From NCBI GenBank assembly GCA_963666275.2, contig CAXXOA010000001.1, forward strand, positions 1,600,001 to 1,664,000: a stretch of DNA of 64,000 nucleotides. The letters run 5' to 3'. Positions 20,173-29,129 of the stretch are shown here, piece after piece. The notes beneath the pieces are model-generated. The model was given only the letters and a program-made list of their open reading frames with translations. It did no database searches and had not been told where the DNA came from. Each line of letters starts with the position of its first letter. Within the stretch, counting starts at the first letter, position 1. The position numbers were made by a program, and so were the translations under genes. Source of the DNA: Oceanispirochaeta sp. Its GTDB lineage: Bacteria; Spirochaetota; Spirochaetia; DSM-2461.

Positions 20173-21670
20173 AACCAAGAAGAAAGATCTGAAAAATGAG
20201 GTAGCAGCAGCTCAAACTATCGGTGTTCGCCAGGCTATCCAGTGGCCGGATATAACCTCCGGACTGGATCCGGTCAGACTGGCTGAAATTCTTAGGGCTG
20301 CCAGAGAAGGCAAAGCAGATGAATACCTGACTTTAGCTGAAGAGATTGAAGAGAGGGACCTTCACTACAGGTCTGTACTATCCACAAGGAAGCAGGCTGT
20401 TGAGGGTCTTGTTCCTACTATCATACCGGCTAGTGAAGAGAAAAAGGATCTGGATCTGGCCAAAGCTGTAGAAACGGATATTCTGGGCAGAGACGATTTT
20501 CCCGACCTAATAAAAGATGCCCTTGACGCTCTTGGCAAAGGGTATTCGGTTCATGAAATTCTCTGGAATACGAAAAGAACTCCCTGGAAACCCGATCGGA
20601 TCCTTTTCAGGGATCCCCGATGGTTTGAATATGATGAGCTTACAGGTAAAAAGCTCCATATGAAAGAAGATTATGGAACGACCCTTATTCCCCTGGCGGA
20701 AAGGAAGTTTATAGTCCATGAACCGCACCTGAAAACAGGGCTGCCGATACGGGGAGGATTAGCTCTCCCGATGGCTCTCTATTTTCTGATCAAATACTAC
20801 GATATTACAGCCTGGACCGCATTTATAGACCGCTACGGCCTGCCGATCCGGGTGGGAAAGTACGGTAGGAACGCTTCCGATAAAGACATTACCACTCTGA
20901 AGAGTGCCATAGCTCATTTGGGTGAAGATGTGGGAGCTGTTATTCCTGATTCAATGCTGATTGATATTATTGAGTCAAAAACATCCGGAAAAATTGAGCT
21001 GTATAAAGAGATGGCCGACTGGGTGGACAAGCAGGTAAGCAAGCTGGTACTGGGTCAAACCATGACAGCCGATGACGGGTCCAGCAGGAGTCAGGCGGAA
21101 GTTCATGACGATGTCCGCCAGGATATCCTGGAAGCCGATGCCAGGCAGCTGGAAAAAACCCTTAACCGGGATCTGATCAGGCCTTATATTGATTTGAACT
21201 GGGGTCCTCAGGAAAAATACCCAAGATTAAGAATCCCCTGTCCTGATACTGACGATATTACCGCTTGGGTGGATAATATTGAAAAGCTTGTTCCTCTCGG
21301 TTTGACTGTTAAGGCTGATGAAGTCAGAAGTAAATTGGGATTGTCCAGACCAGATGAAGGAGATGAGATCCTTCAACAAGCTCCAGCGACAGTTCCTGCT
21401 GAAAAGGATATGGGAACCGCTCTCAATGCCGAGCAGGATAAGGATATATCTGAGCTGGATCTTCTGCAGGAGGACAGTGATTATTCCGAGCTGTCGGATG
21501 ACATATTAAAAGCTGTTAACAAGCTGGCCGGGAAGTGCAGCACTCTGGAAGAGTTTCGCGACCGGTTGCCCGAGCTGCTCTCCCTATGGGATATGGAAAA
21601 AGCCGCCGACATCCTGACTCTCGAAACCTGGAAAGCCAGAGCCTTGGGAGATGCTGATTTTGCCGACTGA
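20156..21670 (+). CDS. Portal protein (DUF935/Mu gp29-like)
   Basis: LDALGKGYS, YGLPIRVGKY and SKLVLGQTMT..GS..QAEVH motifs. Confidence 0.95.
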   Translation: MADGDKTKKKDLKNEVAAAQTIGVRQAIQWPDITSGLDPVRLAEILRAAREGKADEYLTLAEEIEERDLHYRSVLSTRKQAVEGLVPTIIPASEEKKDLDLAKAVETDILGRDDFPDLIKDALDALGKGYSVHEILWNTKRTPWKPDRILFRDPRWFEYDELTGKKLHMKEDYGTTLIPLAERKFIVHEPHLKTGLPIRGGLALPMALYFLIKYYDITAWTAFIDRYGLPIRVGKYGRNASDKDITTLKSAIAHLGEDVGAVIPDSMLIDIIESKTSGKIELYKEMADWVDKQVSKLVLGQTMTADDGSSRSQAEVHDDVRQDILEADARQLEKTLNRDLIRPYIDLNWGPQEKYPRLRIPCPDTDDITAWVDNIEKLVPLGLTVKADEVRSKLGLSRPDEGDEILQQAPATVPAEKDMGTALNAEQDKDISELDLLQEDSDYSELSDDILKAVNKLAGKCSTLEEFRDRLPELLSLWDMEKAADILTLETWKARALGDADFAD

Positions 21671-23084
21671 TACCATTGTTCCGGAAGAAGCTCTGAATTT
21701 CCTGAGAGCAAAGCAGCTGAAACCGGCTTTCAGCTATGAAGATGTCTGGCTGGAAGAACACGCCAATAATTTTACCGTTGCGAAAGCCATGCAGTTGGAT
21801 GTTCTGCAGGACTTTAAGGATGCCATAGACCTGGCAATTGAGAATGGCCAAACTCTGGATCAATTCCAAAAAGAGATAACTCCTACCCTGATGAGAAAAG
21901 GCTGGTGGGGTAAAAAAACAATGGTAGACCCGGCTGACGGCAAGGAAAAGGCTGTCCGTCTGGGTTCTGACCGCCGGTTGAAAACTATTTACAATGTAAA
22001 TACCCGCCAAGCATACAATGCCGGAAGATGGGAACGTGGCCAGCGATCCGCAGCGCATACCCATATAATGTACCTGGTCGGCCCCAGTACACACCACAGG
22101 AAAGAGCATTTGTCTTGGAATGGTTTGGTTCTCCCCAAGGATCATCCTTTTTGGAATACCCATACCCCAATGAACGGATGGGGCTGCAAATGTTATTTCA
22201 GATATTTAACAAAGCAGAGGCTGGAGAAGCTTCGGAATGAGGGAATGCCGGATAATACGCATATTGTGGAAGGAAGGCCTTCCGGAACCATTCAAATTAA
22301 GGAAAATGCTCAGGATATTCAGTACAGGCAGTATATCAATAAGCGGTCCGGAAGAGTTTATACAGCTCCTGCAGGTATTGATCCGGGGTTTGAATGGAAT
22401 CCTGGATCCGCTAGAGGTACAGCAGTTTCTTCTTCCCTGCAGGGTAAGGTAAAATCTTTACAGCAAAGCTACCCGGCAACTCCGAAAGGGGTTCCCGTAT
22501 CAGAAGCTTTTTCAAAGATCACTCCCACCTATAAAACCAGTGTGAACCGGGCTCTTACAGCTATTAATAAGGTTCATGGAGACGGCAATCTCCCGAAGAT
22601 CCCAATTCAAGCAAGCAGGTCAAAGCAGTTTTATGGGGCTTTTGAATACAGTAGATACTCACGGGAAGCATCTGCCATTAAACTGGCCAGTAAAGATCAT
22701 CCGGAATTGACGCTGATACATGAAATAGGTCATTTTCTGGATAACAACGGGCTCCCAGGTAAAGGGTTCTGTTCGGAATTGAACCTTTCGGAGATTATAC
22801 CTTTGATGAAGGCCATTGATAATTCCAACGAAATTCAAGTTCTTAAAGCACTGCCATCCAATAAGAGTATTAGCTATCTGCTGAACCCTGCCGAACAGTT
22901 TGCCAGGGCTTACGCCCAGTACATTGCCTGGAAAACGCAGGATCCAACTTTAATTTTGCAGCTGAAGGGTATACAATTGAATTCAGGGAATCCTGTAAAC
23001 CGGTGCAAGCAATGGAATGAAGAAAACTTCCTTCCCATTGCCGCCGAGTTTGATATTCTGTTTAAAAAGATGGGATGGTTATGA
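21651..23084 (+). CDS. MuF (gp30) head protein with C-terminal HExxH metallopeptidase-like extension
   Basis: FTVAKAM..DVL, RRLKTIY..N and PMNGWGCKC MuF motifs; C-terminal IHEIGH...EQFARAYAQY. Confidence 0.85.
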   Translation: MLILPTDTIVPEEALNFLRAKQLKPAFSYEDVWLEEHANNFTVAKAMQLDVLQDFKDAIDLAIENGQTLDQFQKEITPTLMRKGWWGKKTMVDPADGKEKAVRLGSDRRLKTIYNVNTRQAYNAGRWERGQRSAAHTHIMYLVGPSTHHRKEHLSWNGLVLPKDHPFWNTHTPMNGWGCKCYFRYLTKQRLEKLRNEGMPDNTHIVEGRPSGTIQIKENAQDIQYRQYINKRSGRVYTAPAGIDPGFEWNPGSARGTAVSSSLQGKVKSLQQSYPATPKGVPVSEAFSKITPTYKTSVNRALTAINKVHGDGNLPKIPIQASRSKQFYGAFEYSRYSREASAIKLASKDHPELTLIHEIGHFLDNNGLPGKGFCSELNLSEIIPLMKAIDNSNEIQVLKALPSNKSISYLLNPAEQFARAYAQYIAWKTQDPTLILQLKGIQLNSGNPVNRCKQWNEENFLPIAAEFDILFKKMGWL

Positions 23085-23365
23085 TACTGAAAGGAACAGC
23101 AGCAGACGGAACTCCATACTCAATAGACTCAGACGCTATTACCCAGGAAGATATTGATTCTTTCGGTAAAGAAAATGATTGTGTCTGTTGTGTCAGATGT
23201 CTTATACCTGTTACTGATGAAACAAAACAGTATGAAGATCCGGAAAGTCCCGGCATGATAGCAGCCTATCCTTTCGACGAAGAAAATGAGCTATATCACC
23301 CCTATGGAAAAGATGGTTGGCCAGTTGAAAAAGTTCTCATCGATAAAAATGGAAGCCTTGTCTAA
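23081..23365 (+). CDS. Small acidic protein, candidate immunity partner of the MuF extension
   Basis: ATGA overlap with the MuF stop; very acidic; CVCCVRC. Confidence 0.5.
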   Translation: MILKGTAADGTPYSIDSDAITQEDIDSFGKENDCVCCVRCLIPVTDETKQYEDPESPGMIAAYPFDEENELYHPYGKDGWPVEKVLIDKNGSLV

Positions 23366-23407
23366 TTTACTTTACAAATACCCGCCTTTGTTGTAATTAA
23401 CTTAACT

Positions 23408-23857
23408 TCAATTCATCAACTCAGAATCTTCTTTAAACCTTCTGACTTCATCTTCAATATTTTCTTTTAGGTGATGCATTGAAACAAAGTTTTCAATGAA
23501 ATAAATTAAGCAAAAAATCAGATATACAGAAAAAAGAATATAAGTATCAAATTTGATGATTTTCCATTCAAACTGATATTGATAGTCTTTTAGCAGAAAC
23601 AGCACAGTCGAGATAGCAAATAAGACGATAAAAGTAATCTGAATGGAATGGAGCTGAGGACGGAATCTCTGAACAAATTTCTCATTTGGGATATCTGCAA
23701 ATGAAAAAGACATTATTTGACTTAATCCCAACGAGAACATGATTCCCAAAATAGTAAAAATTACAGTTAATGATTGTTCTGTAAAACAAACAGGGACATA
23801 GGATAGAAAAAAAGAGATTAATAATATTATTGAACTTCTAATTAACCACCTTGCCAT
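23408..23857 (-). CDS. 4-TM membrane protein, RexB-like candidate
   Basis: About 150 aa with four TM segments; overlaps the upstream 308-aa gene. Confidence 0.5.
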   Translation of the reverse strand: MARWLIRSSIILLISFFLSYVPVCFTEQSLTVIFTILGIMFSLGLSQIMSFSFADIPNEKFVQRFRPQLHSIQITFIVLFAISTVLFLLKDYQYQFEWKIIKFDTYILFSVYLIFCLIYFIENFVSMHHLKENIEDEVRRFKEDSELMN

Positions 23858-24764
23858 TATCAATATCCTTTAAGATCTTTCTCATCTCTGTTTCAATTTC
23901 CGGTTCATTGAAACTTTTCCCTATATGTTCAAACTGACGTTCTATTTTAATCAGATAATCAGTTCCTTTAAGGGTTTTAGCACCTTTCCCTTTAATTATA
24001 ACATCTTCACTATCGACAATTCTAAGCAAGGTGTCTAGGGCCTTCCCATCCTTTTTCTTGAGTTCTTTTTTGTTAATTTTCAGATGAATAGTAGCTGTGA
24101 GTACATCTTCAAGCTCTAGAGCTTTCAGATCCTTAATATCTTTCAGCATATTTTGAAGGACTGCCCTTTTTACCTGTAGAATCTTTGTTTCTTCTTTTGA
24201 TAATTTATTCTGGAAATATCCCTCTGCGATTTGAATTTTCTGAATGTCTCCCATTGGGATAGTGTTCTCTGTTTTATGTTTTGGAGTTATTGAACACTCA
24301 TATTGTCCTTTTTTATTCTCCCTGAGGAGCCAATTAAAATAAGTTTCCAATGCTTTCCTATTATTTTTTGCTGATGTCATGATCAGATAACCTTCATATA
24401 TGCAGAAGAATATATAATCTTTGATAGAACCTGCAGATTCCTCATCAGATAATTTTACCATTTCATTCATGGAAACAGTCTTCTGGGTCAGATGAATATT
24501 TGATACGTTTGTACCTTCTCCCGGTCGCAGGCGAACAAAAGAACCAAACAAAAATCCATTAGAATGGTTGAAATATGGAATAAAGTCACCTTCATCCTGA
24601 TTGCTGATTACACCATCTTCCTGATGGTACTCCATAAATCGGTCCTTGATGGTTAATGAACTGTTCAGAATATTAAAAATCAATTTCGCAAACTTCGGTT
24701 CTTTTACCTGAGTTGTCCTGGATTCAATTTCATGGACCTGAAGTGTTAACTTTCTCTTTGCCAT
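23838..24764 (-). CDS. Soluble 308-aa cargo protein, RexA-like candidate
   Basis: AT-rich; order of short motifs resembles lambda RexA as recalled (see findings). Confidence 0.45.
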   Translation of the reverse strand: MAKRKLTLQVHEIESRTTQVKEPKFAKLIFNILNSSLTIKDRFMEYHQEDGVISNQDEGDFIPYFNHSNGFLFGSFVRLRPGEGTNVSNIHLTQKTVSMNEMVKLSDEESAGSIKDYIFFCIYEGYLIMTSAKNNRKALETYFNWLLRENKKGQYECSITPKHKTENTIPMGDIQKIQIAEGYFQNKLSKEETKILQVKRAVLQNMLKDIKDLKALELEDVLTATIHLKINKKELKKKDGKALDTLLRIVDSEDVIIKGKGAKTLKGTDYLIKIERQFEHIGKSFNEPEIETEMRKILKDIDNGKVVN

Positions 24765-24802
24765 TAATGATTCTCCTCACCTTTAATTTGATTGCTATAA
24801 AT

Positions 24803-25702
24803 TCAATTCGTCACAGACTCTGTGTTGTCTCTAATTTGTTTTATATGAGTTCTGATAGAATCCAGTTTCTTATAGTCAGGAAATAACTGAGAAGATTCTT
24901 CAGGGGCTGAGAGAGATGGATGAAACTCTGTACCTTTATTAATCATCTCTGATATTTTTTCTATGGAGTACATCAATCTCTTTATATATTCAGGATCTTT
25001 TTCAATACCGTTATTATCTATGAGATAATTTGCTTCAGCTTCAATCAGCTGATCTAAGAGCTTTTTCTGAGCAGCAACCAAATCTTTAACAGACTCATTT
25101 TTCATTTCAAGATTTTTGATTTGGCCAGTAAGATGATCGCCTTCAAGTTTCTTTTTTCTGATAACACAGCCTGACCAAATTAATCCAGCTATTAGTTTTA
25201 ATGCTGCAGAAGTTCCAAATGTAAGAATTAACCAATTTGTACCAAGGTCTACTCCAGTAAATTTCACTGAAGGAGTTCCTTTTAACCCAGAAAGCGTCTG
25301 GTCAAATATTTTTCCATATTCTGTAACCTCATTTACGAAACCATGGTAATCGTGAAAATCTGGAAGGAGAATAAAAAGAGAGTTTTCATCAGCTTCAGTA
25401 CTAACGGCTTTGAGAACTTTCAGGACACTATTCATTTCAGCTCTAAGTTGTCCCATGAAAGCCTCAAACTGTTTTGCATCATTTTGGGCAAGAGTTATAG
25501 ATTCACCATGAAAGTCCTCAGGAAGATATTTGCGAATGTTAACTAACTTTTCTGTAAAATGAGGCATCTCTGATATTACCCGTAATGTTTTATTTAACGA
25601 ACTAACCTTCTGGTATATCTTTGTCGAACCTTGAACTGTTGGTGTTAAACTCAGTTTTGCATTAGAGGAAGAAATAATTTGGATTTGCTGGTTTATTCGC
25701 AT
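24803..25702 (-). CDS. Hypothetical cargo protein (299 aa)
   Basis: Long AT-rich ORF co-oriented with the repressor; central hydrophobic stretch. Confidence 0.75.
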   Translation of the reverse strand: MRINQQIQIISSSNAKLSLTPTVQGSTKIYQKVSSLNKTLRVISEMPHFTEKLVNIRKYLPEDFHGESITLAQNDAKQFEAFMGQLRAEMNSVLKVLKAVSTEADENSLFILLPDFHDYHGFVNEVTEYGKIFDQTLSGLKGTPSVKFTGVDLGTNWLILTFGTSAALKLIAGLIWSGCVIRKKKLEGDHLTGQIKNLEMKNESVKDLVAAQKKLLDQLIEAEANYLIDNNGIEKDPEYIKRLMYSIEKISEMINKGTEFHPSLSAPEESSQLFPDYKKLDSIRTHIKQIRDNTESVTN

Positions 25703-25742
25703 AAGTTTTGGTCCTATTGAGATACATTATTTTTTAAAAAGT

Positions 25743-26006
25743 TCAGCCTCTTTTCTTAGAATACGCAGCTTCTACCTTTTTCCGGCCAGCATCTGTAATC
25801 TGGATGACTTTTGACTTATCGTCGTACTCCATATATCCCTGGGCTATGTAGGACGTGGAGTTTGTTCTGTTGCTGATTACATTATTCGTCAGCTGTGGGT
25901 CAATGCTGTCAAAAAGGGGTTCCATCTCTTCAGTATTGAATGAATCCTTTTTATAAAGGAAGTTCAAAAAGAAATCTTCATAATACGCCTGATTGTTAAA
26001 TGCCAT
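25743..26006 (-). CDS. Small winged-helix-like protein
   Basis: AGGAG SD; ends with a GYMEY....IQITDAGRK wing motif. Confidence 0.6.
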   Translation of the reverse strand: MAFNNQAYYEDFFLNFLYKKDSFNTEEMEPLFDSIDPQLTNNVISNRTNSTSYIAQGYMEYDDKSKVIQITDAGRKKVEAAYSKKRG

Positions 26007-26084
26007 ATTTTATTCTCCTTTTGATCCATCATATGCGGGTCTTATTTCTTCCATGAAATTAACCCCATCTAATAGATTCTTATT

Positions 26085-26264
26085 CTAAGAATCATTCCCC
26101 AACCGGTTTAAAATCAGCTGAGAAAAGTTTTCCAAATACTCCAGCCTTTTTACATCTTCATAATTGCTTTCGTACTCTTCTGTTTTATCAACTATATCCA
26201 GGGACAAACGGAGCAGCTCAATTTTCCGCCAGGTCTTATCATCGATGTCATCTATTGCACTCAT
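26085..26264 (-). CDS. 59-aa acidic protein missed by the ORF track
   Basis: MSAIDDIDDKTWRKIELLRLSLDIV...LGNDS*; TAATG coupling to the upstream gene; GAGGG SD. Confidence 0.6.
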   Translation of the reverse strand: MSAIDDIDDKTWRKIELLRLSLDIVDKTEEYESNYEDVKRLEYLENFSQLILNRLGNDS

Positions 26265-26674
26265 TAGTATCCCTCATTCCAGCCAGGTTTCTCTACCAAT
26301 AACTCTTTTGAAATATTATCATTATCCCAAGATGGTCTTTCACACAGGGTCATATTTCTAAAATTACCCTGCTGCTTATGGCCGTCATCATCAAACCAGA
26401 CACAGAGAGACTCACGATTTCCGCTATCAATCACTGTCATATCAGTCAATGAAGGGATGAAGCTTACAACAGTCCCAGGTCTGAGAGCATGGTTTTTAAA
26501 ACCTGATAAAGCAGGGGTCAATTCATTCAGAACTTTGAAAGGAAACTCAGCTTCTTTATACCGTTTCTTTTTATCTAGCCAGCAGCATAAGAAAAGCCCG
26601 CCATCCTCTTCAGCAAGCACAGCCATTTCCGGACCGCCTGAATTGAGCCTGACAATACTATCTATACCAAACAT
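26264..26674 (-). CDS. Tandem DUF2158 (YodC-like) domain protein
   Basis: Two repeats of the VxLxSGGPxMxV...CxW(F/L)D pattern. Confidence 0.75.
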   Translation of the reverse strand: MFGIDSIVRLNSGGPEMAVLAEEDGGLFLCCWLDKKKRYKEAEFPFKVLNELTPALSGFKNHALRPGTVVSFIPSLTDMTVIDSGNRESLCVWFDDDGHKQQGNFRNMTLCERPSWDNDNISKELLVEKPGWNEGY

Positions 26675-26709
26675 GTTTCCCTCCGATTTAATCTATGCTG
26701 TTCCATTTC

Positions 26710-27111
26710 TCAGAAACTAACCGGGTCCAGGATTTCTGATCCACCCTCACTCCAGAATATTTCTAATTTCCCATCAGGGCGTATATAAAATGTTTCATCA
26801 TCGTCGCCAACTCTTTTGAAATGATTCTCATCAAGAAACTCGATTTCTTCCTTTTTCCATTGAAACCATAGTGGGTACGTTGTAGCTAAATAACTCTTAT
26901 CAGCTGGAATGTAATGAATGAATCTGCCAGAACCATATTGCTCTGGAGAAACCCAAAGGTTGTCTACATCGGTTATATCTATATCGATGTCTCCATATTG
27001 GCCACCTTCATGGCCAGGACCTTTATTCTGAAGTTCTGTAAAGGTTATATCCTGGGCAAAAGCGGCAACAATGAAAAATGACAATATGAGGCTGCTGATA
27101 ACTTTCTTCAC
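26710..27111 (-). CDS. Exported protein next to the repressor (possible superinfection exclusion)
   Basis: Signal peptide MKKVISSLILSFFIVAAFA; AAGGAG SD. Confidence 0.65.
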   Translation of the reverse strand: MKKVISSLILSFFIVAAFAQDITFTELQNKGPGHEGGQYGDIDIDITDVDNLWVSPEQYGSGRFIHYIPADKSYLATTYPLWFQWKKEEIEFLDENHFKRVGDDDETFYIRPDGKLEIFWSEGGSEILDPVSF

Positions 27112-27122
27112 TCAATACTCCT

Positions 27123-27806
27123 TTAATACGGATGCCTGTGAATCCATCCGATTACCTTCCCTTCAACCCGTACCACATCAGAATCCGCATCCACTACTTT
27201 TTTTTCATAGCTGGGATTTTCCGAAATAATGGTGAGTTTTCTCTCAATCGGGTCAAACTCCAAACGCTTTACAAATAAATCCGAACCGATGCTGATTACG
27301 TAGATCCCGTCGGCCCGGAGTTCTCCCTGGGAAAAGATGACATAGTCCCCATCGAATATTTCCACCCCTGTCATTGAATCTCCCCGGACCTCTACAACTT
27401 TAATCGAGTGCCTGGGGTATGGGTGTATGATCTTATCTAAAATGGGGATCGTTACATCTGAGCTGTACTCTTCAATATAGTCCTGCCCAGCCCCGGCAGA
27501 TATTTTTTGTTCCAGCACCGGAACCATGACAACATCATCCCGATCTGAAAGTACAATTTCTTTTTTCTCTGTTTGAATACTAACTGCACGATTATTATCT
27601 GAAAGCAACATTTTCCCTTGGCCTGTTATCAACCAATGCAGATTTATGCCGATATGAGATATTTTTTCTTTTATCTCATCTGGAACAGAACGCTTCTCTG
27701 TCTCATAACCAGCATATGTAGACTGCCCGAGGCCTAACTTTGCTGCAAAGTCAGACTGATTTAGCTCAAAATGAGATCTTATTTCTTTTAAACGACGACC
27801 AATCAT
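27123..27806 (-). CDS. CI/LexA-type prophage repressor (XRE HTH plus S24 peptidase)
   Basis: N-terminal HTH; SAGAG cleavage site; GDSM catalytic Ser and VKRL catalytic Lys. Confidence 0.95.
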   Translation of the reverse strand: MIGRRLKEIRSHFELNQSDFAAKLGLGQSTYAGYETEKRSVPDEIKEKISHIGINLHWLITGQGKMLLSDNNRAVSIQTEKKEIVLSDRDDVVMVPVLEQKISAGAGQDYIEEYSSDVTIPILDKIIHPYPRHSIKVVEVRGDSMTGVEIFDGDYVIFSQGELRADGIYVISIGSDLFVKRLEFDPIERKLTIISENPSYEKKVVDADSDVVRVEGKVIGWIHRHPY

Positions 27807-27836
27807 TAAAAATATGCCACCATGCGATTATTATTG

Positions 27837-27865
27837 TTGACTTATAACGCGTATTGCGATATTCT
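27837..27865 (+). promoter_or_regulatory. Early lytic sigma70 promoter with candidate operators
   Basis: TTGACT-N17-TATTCT; TGCGAT boxes at 27823 and 27855. Confidence 0.7.
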
Positions 27866-27960
27866 TTAATCAGGTTAAGAAATTAACCACAAAACCCCCA
27901 AAAAATGGGAAGCGGTTACGCCCTGCAAAGCTAATCCACTTCCCGTATAGGAGTATTACT

Positions 27961-28050
27961 ATGTTACAGCGGAGAAAAACAGACCGCAAGTGCAAAACAG
28001 CATTTTTTTTTGGAAGGCGGAAAAAACTCCTTCGGCAGGAGGATTGCTGA
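27961..28050 (+). CDS. 29-aa basic peptide, first early ORF
   Basis: AGGAG SD; MLQRRKTDRKCKTAFFFGRRKKLLRQEDC*; TGATG overlap with the next gene. Confidence 0.45.
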   Translation: MLQRRKTDRKCKTAFFFGRRKKLLRQEDC

Positions 28051-28283
28051 TGAAGTTTGACAGAAAAGAAGTTGAGAAATTATGCAAATCCTGTGTTAAC
28101 GACCCTATGGATCCAGACATCGACAACGATTGCGATGATTGCATAAATGGCTGTGAATACCTGGAAACCAGGATCCACCAGTTGGAAAGGGAAAATCAGG
28201 AGCTTGTTGATCAAATTGCAGAATCCAGAAAAGGATTCATCAATGCGGAAACAAGAAATGCCAGGGAGGTTTTCTGTGGATAA
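28050..28283 (+). CDS. Early Cys-rich and coiled-coil protein
   Basis: GGAGG SD; CKSC...CDDC...C. Confidence 0.6.
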   Translation: MKFDRKEVEKLCKSCVNDPMDPDIDNDCDDCINGCEYLETRIHQLERENQELVDQIAESRKGFINAETRNAREVFCG

Positions 28284-28671
28284 TAAAAAGATTTGTGCCT
28301 GTTGCGGAAAGCCGGCGGAAGGCCCCGGCAGTGTTGAGATCGGCGTCAAAGGTAATTTCACCCCTTTTTGCTCCTTAAGCTGTTTTAATAAACATATGAA
28401 AGAGAATGCAAAACTGGTCAAAACTTTGGCTGACAGGAAGGAGCTCCTTGCCAGAAAAAGAAATTATAAGAAAGAACGAATCAAACAAGTTCTTTCCCTG
28501 GATAAGGTAGAGACCAGTGATGATTTCTATTTCCTCTATGAAAGCCTTACTGCAAAACAGAGGGAAACATTAGCCACGAAGTTTTTCAGCCATTTGATTG
28601 CTAAAAATAACTGTGTTGTTTCGGACATTCTTAATGAAGTTGAATCAATAGCCCCTAGGGTAAAAGAGTAA
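28276..28671 (+). CDS. Early zinc-finger protein
   Basis: GGAGG SD before GTG; CACCG...FCSLSC treble-clef pattern. Confidence 0.6.
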   Translation: MDNKKICACCGKPAEGPGSVEIGVKGNFTPFCSLSCFNKHMKENAKLVKTLADRKELLARKRNYKKERIKQVLSLDKVETSDDFYFLYESLTAKQRETLATKFFSHLIAKNNCVVSDILNEVESIAPRVKE

Positions 28672-28673
28672 GT

Positions 28674-28889
28674 ATGCAGGAACCGAAGCATTTGAGGAGA
28701 GGACGAAACGACTATGCCGCTGTTTGCCAGGGAAAGGAAGCTTTTGAAACCTACCGGCTGGCAGAGAAAGTGAAAAAGTCCATGTGCCGGAGAACAACCG
28801 GCGGACTTGACGTTTATCACTGTCCCCATTGCCGGAAGTTCCATATCGGACGGAATAAGTTCAAAGGGAAATATTATGGTTGTAAATAA
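28674..28889 (+). CDS. Small phage zinc-binding protein
   Basis: C.GK...YHCPHCRKFHIG motif. Confidence 0.6.
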   Translation: MQEPKHLRRGRNDYAAVCQGKEAFETYRLAEKVKKSMCRRTTGGLDVYHCPHCRKFHIGRNKFKGKYYGCK

Positions 28890-29106
28890 TATCGTTATAC
28901 GAAATAGAAAAAGTTCAAGATACGAGCTTGCCATGCAGATCCGCCAGTGTCTGACAGACGGAAGGGTCTGGACCGTGGGAGAAGTGGCCAGGGAGCTGGG
29001 ATCCAGTTATCAGCAGATCCAGAATGCTCTGACCTCTCTGACCAACCTGGAGCCGACCCTGGCGGAAGAAGATGACGGAGCCGTATTCATGGTGATAGGA
29101 GGATAA
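28876..29106 (+). CDS. Small HTH protein
   Basis: WTVGEVARELGSSYQQI. Confidence 0.6.
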   Translation: MVVNNIVIRNRKSSRYELAMQIRQCLTDGRVWTVGEVARELGSSYQQIQNALTSLTNLEPTLAEEDDGAVFMVIGG

Positions 29107-29129
29107 AACTGATGGGAGGGGTAGTAGCA

